A stretch of 58,219 bases of DNA, filler included, from Dugesia japonica (lineage: Eukaryota), in assembly GCA_001938525.1 (NCBI GenBank). It is 5 parts of 5 records of this genome, joined end to end, with 100 filler letters (N's around TTAATTAATTAA, not from the genome) between each part and the next. Parts side by side here need not be neighbours in the genome. Positions count along the whole stretch, not along the records: positions 48,915 to 58,219 come from MQRL01567202.1; 4 more parts are not named here. One strand, given 5' to 3'. Of the stretch, positions 49,392-58,219 are shown one piece after another; the first letter of the stretch is position 1; every line of letters starts with the position of its first letter. The translations under genes and the position numbers were made by a program. The notes beneath the pieces are model-generated. The model was not told the DNA's origin and made no database searches. It was given only the letters and a program-made list of their open reading frames with translations.

Positions 49392-52300
49392 GGAATTTCA
49401 ATTTTTATATTTTTATTTTCTTAACTATTACAATATTGAAATTTTATCAACATTATTGATACTGTTATTCTCAGTGTTATCGGTGTAGAGAGAAATTGTT
49501 ATTTTAAAAGTTACTAATTTGATGATTAATGTGCTCTTTATTATTATGTTCTTATTAGCAATTTATTTGATCTGACAACCTAGAAGATATGAAATTTTTT
49601 ATTCTGACAATCGAGTGTCAGTGGTAATTTTTCTAACAATTATTTTTCTTTTATCTGAAAATGCCTGTCAACTAATGAGATTTTCAATGATATTACTTTG
49701 AGCCTTGAACTTTAATCTGGCATATGAAAATGTATCCATCCAAATGGTGAAATTTATTTATTTAAATTTCTACATGCTTTTAAAATAAATCATTGCTGTT
49801 TAATTAATTCAGAATTATGAATTGGTGAATTTAAATTTTATCGAACTATAACTGATTACAATTAATTCAGTTTTTTAATTAGACTTATTTTTATAGTTAT
49901 TTCAGCTTATATTTATAAGCTTTTTCAGTAATATTTTCATTAATTTGTGGGTTTAACTTTAAAAATTGATTCCAATTTTGGTAAACTGATTTGATTTATT
50001 GCAAATTATTTTATTATTCCACAAATTCATTCTTTAAATAATTATATCATTTATTAATTCGTTAATTATTTGATTTATTTGCAATTCGCCTATTTTTTAG
50101 AATATTGAGGTTATTTTAAGGAAAATATTATTTTTTTCAATTATTTTTCTCTCATATGATTTGATTATACTTTGTAATAGATCATTTTTCGTTAAATTAA
50201 TTATGGTTAGTGAGTGTGATTATTATCATACATGTTATTACAATTATTGTTACAGCCATTATCTTTTATATGATAAACAACCTCCTTGCTACGTCACTGC
50301 TTTGGGGTGAGGTATGAAGTATAAAAAGTTAGGAACCCTGAATTAAATACATCTCTATATCCATCAATAATACCATATAGATATAAAAAGGCTGAATGAT
50401 AAACATTTCTTTAATATTTTCATTATAATAGTGTTAGGATTTGTATATTTTTAAATATATTTAAAATATATTTAAAATATATTTAAAATATATTTAAGTA
50501 TATTTTTTATAAATTGTAGTTATTTTCATGTTTGTATTAGAATTATTTGAATTAATTGAAAAACTGTTTTTATTTGAATATTCAGTTTTTGTTGGAGTTN
50601 NNNNNNNNNNNNNNNNNNNNNNNNNNNNNNNNNNNNNNNAATAATCTTATACTTTAGTAATAGTTCATTTAATTTTATTATATAATAGTTGATAGTAATT
50701 ATTTACTTATTCAATTAAGTTTAATTGTTCTAGTTGCGATACTATTTTTTCAAAGAAATTAAAATTATATTTTAATGAATAATTTTTTTTGGAATATAAT
50801 ATTCACCTTTTGTTGAAATAGTACCAGAATTGTACAAATAGTATTATTATTAGAATCGACAGTTGTTAAGTAAATATCTGAATCTGTGGCAATATTCGAA
50901 CCTATTAAAAATATATGGCTTAGTACTTTTGTAAACATTGATGTAAAAGTGTTCATTGATAACAAACATAAATTAGAAACTAAACCTCAAAAATTTGTTA
51001 AATCTGACGTTCGAAGATATGATAACAAAATAGTATTATTAAATAGTATTATTAATCGTCATTTTAATTATTATAATTATTGCACGTAATTATTTTTTTC
51101 AATAAATATTATTTAATTATAAAGGTCACATTTTTTAATTTCATTATTTTAATTTTGAAAAAAACTGCAAGTCACAATTGGCCGATAAGAAATCAACTGT
51201 TACTATCAAACACCAATATAATAGAAAAATTAGAATCAACAAGAAGCAATTGGTGGCATGAAAAAATACAAACTCTCATAAGCTTGGTCGCATTATATTT
51301 TATTTTTTTCTCTAAGAAAACAAAAGCAGGTATCAGAATGTTCTGGCAGTTCATTATCACAAAACCCGATGATTCATCAACCAATAAAATGCATATTATA
51401 ATTAACATCAGTATGGAATTATTGGCAGTCATGGAATCAGAAACAGGCACCAGTAACAATGGTAACACTGCAAATAAGAGAAAACTCCAATAATATTGGA
51501 GTAATAAAACTCCATANNNNNNNNNNNNNNNNNNNNNNNNNNNNNNNNNNNNNNNNNNNNNNNNNNNNNNNNNNNNNNNNNNNNNNNNNNACTAATTGGA
51601 ACGAACCAGGACCAAAATATTTACAGTAATTATTTACTTTGTTACATTATTTCATTTGTTTTTATGCATACTTAAATTAAACTAATCGGAGATCACTCAC
51701 CAGTTCTAGCCACCTGTAATATGAAATTTTCCGAAAAACAAAAATTAATTTAAACAAGCACTTAATTCATGTAAATAATAATGCTAATAATTTTATAATT
51801 ACAATTATTGTGAGAATAATTGTTGGACTTAAAAATTGATCGCATTTGAGATTTCATTAATATAAAGAAAAAGCTTCGATCAAAAGAAAATGAATTTGTA
51901 AAGAAATTGAAATATATTTTATTTTGATCGAAGCTTTTTCGTAATATTAATGAAATGCTAATAATGTAAATGCAGAATTGAGTTGAAATACAATAGACAT
52001 GATAATGAGGCTGCGTAAATGCAAGGATATGTAGGTCAATAATGCAAATACTGAATGTATGAAAGGAATTAGTGATCATGAAAACGTATGTCGGTCTTCA
52101 TTAGTAATACAAATAATAATTTTAAATAAATTTAAAATTAAAATGTAGCGTAAAAATTTGTAGCCAATAAATTGCACCAAAATAATTTCTACCCCCCAGG
52201 GTGATTGGTGCAGTGCACTACTATATACCTACTGACATGTGACTCACCGAAAAGCGCATACCTCCACTTTGCTTGATAGTTTTGTTAATAATGTTTTAGT

Positions 52301-52789
52301 TTATAATTGTGTTATTTTAATTGATCTCTGGTAAGAAATCTGGTACAAATTGGAACGAAGCTTCAGGTAATTAAAGTAATAGTAATNNNNNNNNCAAGAT
52401 CAACCAACTTCCTGATTGATCTGAAAGCATCTAGTATAGAAGGTTGTTAGTAAAATAACAATATCTACCAAGTGTGCATCCAAAAACATGATTAGAAAAT
52501 TTGAATAATTTGCCAAAAAAGACTACAGAGTATTTTATTTTTATATCAGCATAATTGAAATATTATATTACCATTATAAAAATATTATATTGACATTNNN
52601 NNNNNNNNNNNNNNNNNNNNNNNNNNNNNNNNNNNNNNNNNNNNNNNNNNNNNNNNNNNNNNNNNNNNNNNNNNNNNNNNNNNNNNNNNNNNNNNNNNNN
52701 NNNNNNNNNNNNNNNNNNNNNNNNNNNNNNNNNNNNNNNNNNTGTAGGTAAAGTGTTTATAAAATTCTTAAATATGTAAAAATAAGGAG

Positions 52790-52970
52790 ATGATTTCATT
52801 TCTGCTTCAAAAAAAAATTAAGAGAATAGATAAAAATTAAAAACTCAATTTAATTATTGGATAATGCGGCAATTCATAAAAGTGAAGTTATTAGAAATAC
52901 TTTATCTCAAAATAGTATGTTATAAGTATCTTCCACCAGCTTAATCCAATTGAGAAAGTTTTTTCAATTA
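52790..52970 (+). mobile_element. IS630/Tc1-type (DDE) transposase relic
   Basis: LLDNAAIHKSEVIRNTL...YLPP...LNPIEKVFS. Confidence 0.78.
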
Positions 52971-55900
52971 ATAATTAAATAACAACAAAACAATTCATCT
53001 TATCTAAAATAAATTTAATTTAAAAATGAAATCGACAAATCAAAAAATAGAGCATCCAAAAAAAGAAGTATAAATTTAAGCGGAAAATATCGCAGAAAGG
53101 GAATTTTTAGAAAATTTTTACCTCCTAGATTGATTTCCTAATGAGATATACCTCAGAACATTTCAGCATACAAATCTTTCTCTATCGAAAACAATACCAA
53201 GAAATTATCGATCAACTGCAAATTCGTTCGCGATAATAAATTAAAAACCTAATGTAATTCTGTTTCATTTTTTCAAATTGCAAGAAATATAAAAGCAGCA
53301 GTAAATTAATTCAATCTGATTACTCTTTTTAAACCATCATTTTGATCATCATTTTTATTTAATTTTGACAAAATTAATCATAAATTTAATATTGATTAAA
53401 TAATAAAGATTCAACCTCCTTGATCTCGTTTTATAAGAATGATATAAGAAAATTCATGATAAATGATTCGATTAATGTTCTCCAAAATATTGATTTAATC
53501 AATACTATCCAGAAGACGAAATCATGGTTTAATTAATCTTTAGAATATAAAGAAAAATCAGATCTGTGAATATATTAATGTAAGCTACGCTCTCCAGAAA
53601 TAAAAATATTATTGGGCTGGAACGGCCATTCAAATTAAGAAAAAAGAATGATTTAATGAAGGAAAATAAATAATTGAGACGAGAAATAATATGAAAACTA
53701 CCAAAGTTAATAACAGTAAAACGAAAAAAGCAAAATAACAGTCGAGATTAATAAATAATAGAAGTGTGGGGGAAAATGAGTGTATTAATAATAATAGAGT
53801 GAAAAATGATCATTCTAATGGTTGAAACAAAAACATAAAATTAAGAAAATGGAGCGGGTCAAAATATTAGTTATTTATAAAATAAATTATTATTTATAAA
53901 AATTAATATTTACAAATATAAATATTAAAAAAGTAGATTTGTAATAATTGTAAAAACGATAAAAGATAAAATATAGTAATTTTAAAAAATACAGAAAAGA
54001 AGAAGAAATATAGTATTTATGATTTACGAAATAGTAAAGTATAATAGTTAGAGTAATACTTTTCTGATAATTGTAATAATTAATTTTAACGTAATATTAA
54101 TAATATAAATTGAAGAATTAAATTAGTAGCGGAGTTATCATTATTATATATTTATTAATTAATATTAGTTTTATTATTGTGATTCCATATAATATGATAT
54201 TACTTATATATATTTTGTATCATTTATATTTGTTATTTCTCTGTAAATTTTAATTTTTTATTTATTATTATTATTATTATTGTACATATAAAAAGTTTAA
54301 AACTTATCGCATCCGCTCAGTAGACAAAAAAAATTTCGTCCAAGAAAATATCTTCCGGTTCAATGATTTTGAAATGTTTAAAACTTATGTACAAATGATG
54401 AGTTATTTTTTATTATCTTTTTTCTTTTTTTGTGTAGTTGAATATTTAGAGAAAAATCACTCCAGAAACATAAACAATTCCAAGCAGAATTGATCTACCA
54501 AAGAAAAACAATAAGAAGCTTTATATTTTAGGGTAAAAACTCAATATTATATAACAATATACATTTTGGGTAAATACTCGTTATTATAAAACATTTTATA
54601 TTTTAAATTAAATACTATAAAATAAAGAAATACCAATCAAAACACGATAGTAACCCGAAGAATCATAAATTTCAACTAAAAAAATAATTACATACAAACT
54701 ATGTATTAAATGCTTACCAAAATCGAGTACATAAACAAAAGCTTTCAATAAATTGTCAGTATTTTAACTTGCAACATATTTTTACTTTAACAAAAGATAA
54801 TTTCATGTTTATCAATGTCGAATATGGAAAGCCTACGGAATTTCATGGAATTCAAATGAAATATTTCAAGAGACCTATAATATATTCGATTCAAGTAATA
54901 GTATTTATTTATTTTTATTATTTTCATTAAGGAACCTGTGATGATAACATGTTCGACTTATAGTAAATTGATATCAGTTCAAATGATAAGAATCTCCTAA
55001 ATCTATTATTTCGAACCGACAATTTCAATAAAAGATACGGTTTTCATTAATTACAATGATTTAAAAATATATTCGACAAATCGGAAAACTAAATGATCCC
55101 AGTTGAAATAAAATAAGTCATAAAATAATTCGTCCAATTCTGTGTCCCAGCCTCTGGTGGACGTTTCCACCTTATTAACTTCTTTTTCTTATACTTTAGG
55201 TAAATTTTCCAAATTTGTATCGTAAATTAATCATCCATACTTATATCTTTAAGTTCATTTAACCTTCCATGCCCCTACTCGTCCATTATTATTTCAAAAA
55301 TTTTCATAAACTCATTGTTGTTCATAAGGATGTCCTTTATGATTTCTGTCTGACAGCTTTCATTGTTTGTTTTAATTAAATCAACTGTGTCCACTNNNNN
55401 NNNNNNNNNNNNNNNNNNNNNNNNNNNNNNNNNNNNNNNNNNNNNCGATATTAATTAATTCATTTTGGTTTTTAGTTTCTTTAATTTTCTGAGCATTATT
55501 TTCATGTTTTTCTAAAGTTGAAGATAACATGGTTTTTATATTCTCCTCTTCCACAATCATGCATTCTAAACTATTATCCATTGTTCCTTTACNGTTTCTG
55601 NCTCTTTTTCTGACACCACTTTCCGTCTTTCAGTAGTTTTCTATTATGATATTCCTGTAAGGATGTTCTGTTATACTTAAACTGTTGTGGAGTAAGATTA
55701 ACATGGTCTATCCATTCATTTTCGATTTGCAAATATAAATATAAATATATTTCTCTTACTGCTTTTACATCTTCTAAAGCTAAGTGAGTTTCTTGTTAAA
55801 TTTCTAAGCCACAGATTAATTTTGCTAACGCTTTATTTACAATTGGATTAAGAACAAAGTATATAGCATTTAAAGATGGAACTAGTTAAATTTAAAGATC

Positions 55901-56320
55901 GAATTAAAACCCAAGTGATAGTATGAAGTCCATATTATTGTTAAGTTTGAAGGAACAGCTGAACGAAACGATGTGTCCTGGTGATGATCGAATTCTTTAT
56001 TTTTTTTGCTAATGATGGTCGTAAGATAAATTTGATAATATGATATGTACTGTATTCCTAGCAACATATTATTTATTTTTAGTCGATTTATTTTCATATA
56101 ATTAGTTAATGTTACGATTGAATTATATAATTTTTTTTGTTTAATTAAATGATATGATAAATACAACTCTCAAAAGAATAGAAGTAATCATAGCATAATC
56201 ATTTTATTTTTCGTTTATTTGAATTATTATTAATTAATATTAATTAATGTTAATTAATAAGATTTAATAGAGAAAAAATATTTAAAGCATATTTATATCA
56301 TGAAAATGTTCTAGATTACA

Positions 56321-57350
56321 TACGAGGACTGTCTGAAAAGTTTTTAAAACGACCTACTTCCAAACATATTTTTGATTTTTTGTCAACAGTTTATTAAAAT
56401 TCATTCTTTATTTAGTATTAATAAATTGATGACTTCGAATGAATTAAAAAATCTTGAAAAAGCTTAATATCGGGCTGTCATAAAAAATCTTTTTTTAAAG
56501 GACCTAAGCCCAAAATAAATTTAAGAAGACATGAGCAGAACATTAAAGAAAACATGCCCGTCATATGCAAAAGTGAAAAATTGGGTATCATCATGAGAGA
56601 GAGGCAAAATAAGCAACTAAGATGAGCCAAGGTCCGGACGACCAATTTCTGCATCAAATCAGGAGAACATTGAAAAAGTACACGAAATGATTCTTTAAAA
56701 TCGTCGAATTTCAATCAGAATTATTGCTGAGACNTTAAAGCTATGCAAAGAACGTGTTGGTAAAATCATTCACGAAGATTTGGATATGAATAAGCTTTCT
56801 GCAAAATGGATCCCTAAAGGCCTGAATTCTGATCAGAAGCAAAGACGAATGCAGAGTTCAAAGGTGATTCATTCACATTTTACAAGGAATAAAAGTAACT
56901 TTATTAATCAAATTCAAACCGTCGATGAAACATGGTTGCATTTCCTTGATCCTGAAAACAAACAACAATCCATGGAGTGGAGGCATTCCGGATCGGACTT
57001 TTAAGAAAAAGGTTCAACGATAAATTCTGAATATTAAACATCTTTATTGNTCAAAGTTAAAGAAAAATTAAAACAAAAACGACCGGGAAAGTTAAGAAAT
57101 NGTATTCAATTTTTGCGGGATAATACACCTGCACACACCGCCTTACAGACATTGAATACAATTCAAGATATTGGTTTCCAAGTTTTAGAACATACAGCCT
57201 ATTCTCCGGATTTGGCTCCGTCCGAATATTTTTTGTTTTTATATTTGAAAAATATGCTGAAAGGAAAGCATTTCGAAACAAACAGTGATGTCATCGAAAC
57301 TACGAAGGCATAGTTTAACGCCAAATCTGCGGACTTCTACTATGAAGGCA
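56321..57350 (+). mobile_element. Mariner (irritans/mellifera-like) pseudogene, internally deleted and 3'-truncated
   Basis: Left TIR tacgaggactgtctgaaaagt; KLSAKWIPK, TVDETW, DNTPAH and HTAYSPDLAPSEYFLF. Confidence 0.9.
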
Positions 57351-57484
57351 TAGGTTAGTAGGTAGATAGTGGCGACACACCCCAATTTGCACACTAGCAC
57401 CCCTCCCCCGGGTAGCTCGGAAACTGCTTAAAATTGTGGTAAGAATTTTGTGGTATGGTTTTTGTGGTGTTTTTTTTCTAAGAT

Positions 57485-57712
57485 TTTTGGGATCAAAAAT
57501 TTTTTGATCGGATCACCTTTTTTGATCGGTTCAATTTTTGATTAGATCAGAAATTTTTGATCGGATCAAATTTTATCTTGATCGTGATTAGAAAGTTTTG
57601 ATTTGGGAGGGTGGAATTTTTGGTGGTTTTGTTTAAATTAATGGATTTTTTGTTTTAATTAATGGATTTTTATTTTGTTTTAACTAATGGACTTTTAATT
57701 GTTTTAATTAAT
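57485..57712. repeat. Two short tandem arrays (tttttgatcggatca; ttaatggattttt..gtttta) within an unclassified insertion that truncates the mariner
   Basis: Visible tandem units; mariner homology stops abruptly at about 57350. Confidence 0.7.
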
Positions 57713-58219
57713 AGTTGAATTTTGTGAGTAATTCAAATTTTAATTTGTTGTTTTTGGGTGGAATTAAAAATTTTTTTTATAAAAGTGTGTTGTGAAAAGA
57801 AGTAATAAGTGTATTAATTGTTTGGGAAAATATATTGAATAAAAAGACTGGTTTTCTCTTTCTTGAAATATTTTGTATGGGTTAGGCTTAAAACTTTTCA
57901 GACCCCCTCGTAGAGTCAGCATGTCTCGTGTGGTTAATATTGATTTAATAATCAAAATGAGACGTTATCAACTTTTGTACAAAATGAATTAAATTGCATT
58001 TATAAATATACATATTCGAGATTGGTTTTTATAAAATTATAAGTCTTCCGCATTATTTCGGTTTCTTCTGTCAACCAATCAATAAGTAACTTTTGCAATA
58101 TTTCGTGCATCAAAAAACTATTATTTAGTTCTTAACCTTACCAATATTGGTTAGTCGAACTCGAAGAGTTTCCATCAATTCGACCAATGCTTCAAACTCT
58201 TTAAATCTAGAATCATATA

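Noticed and set aside
51080-51493. 137-aa ORF; faint MULE-like N..E..WH pattern
   Set aside because: Low-complexity sequence with too few motif residues to call either a gene or a transposase.

Overview
Very AT-rich eukaryotic draft-assembly DNA with many (ATT)n microsatellites, N gaps and short (about 40-50 nt) GT-AG introns. This fits a triclad flatworm such as Schmidtea or Dugesia, but that is inference only. Four artificial N..TTAATTAATTAA..N spacers (15149, 24619, 40538, 48859) split the window into five possibly unlinked pieces. Most of it is decayed transposon DNA: three mariner copies, DD39D-like and IS630/Tc1 relics, piggyBac, hAT, pogo/Tigger, several MITEs, five Ty3/gypsy pol relics, an R2/NeSL-type LINE, Penelope RT and GIY-YIG pieces, and Maverick/Polinton polB and capsid fragments. 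The only clearly recognisable host gene is the last two exons of an RMDN/FAM82 (regulator of microtubule dynamics) gene at 43827-44137 (+), which the ORF track misses. Best leads: (1) a Penelope 3' end with an intact-looking minimal hammerhead ribozyme and four related copies; (2) a minus-strand cassette at 11.9-15.1 kb joining a Maverick-type polB relic, tandemly duplicated micro-intron units and compact coiled-coil ORFs; (3) a 27-nt/9-aa coding repeat. All translations and similarities were judged by eye; no searches were run.
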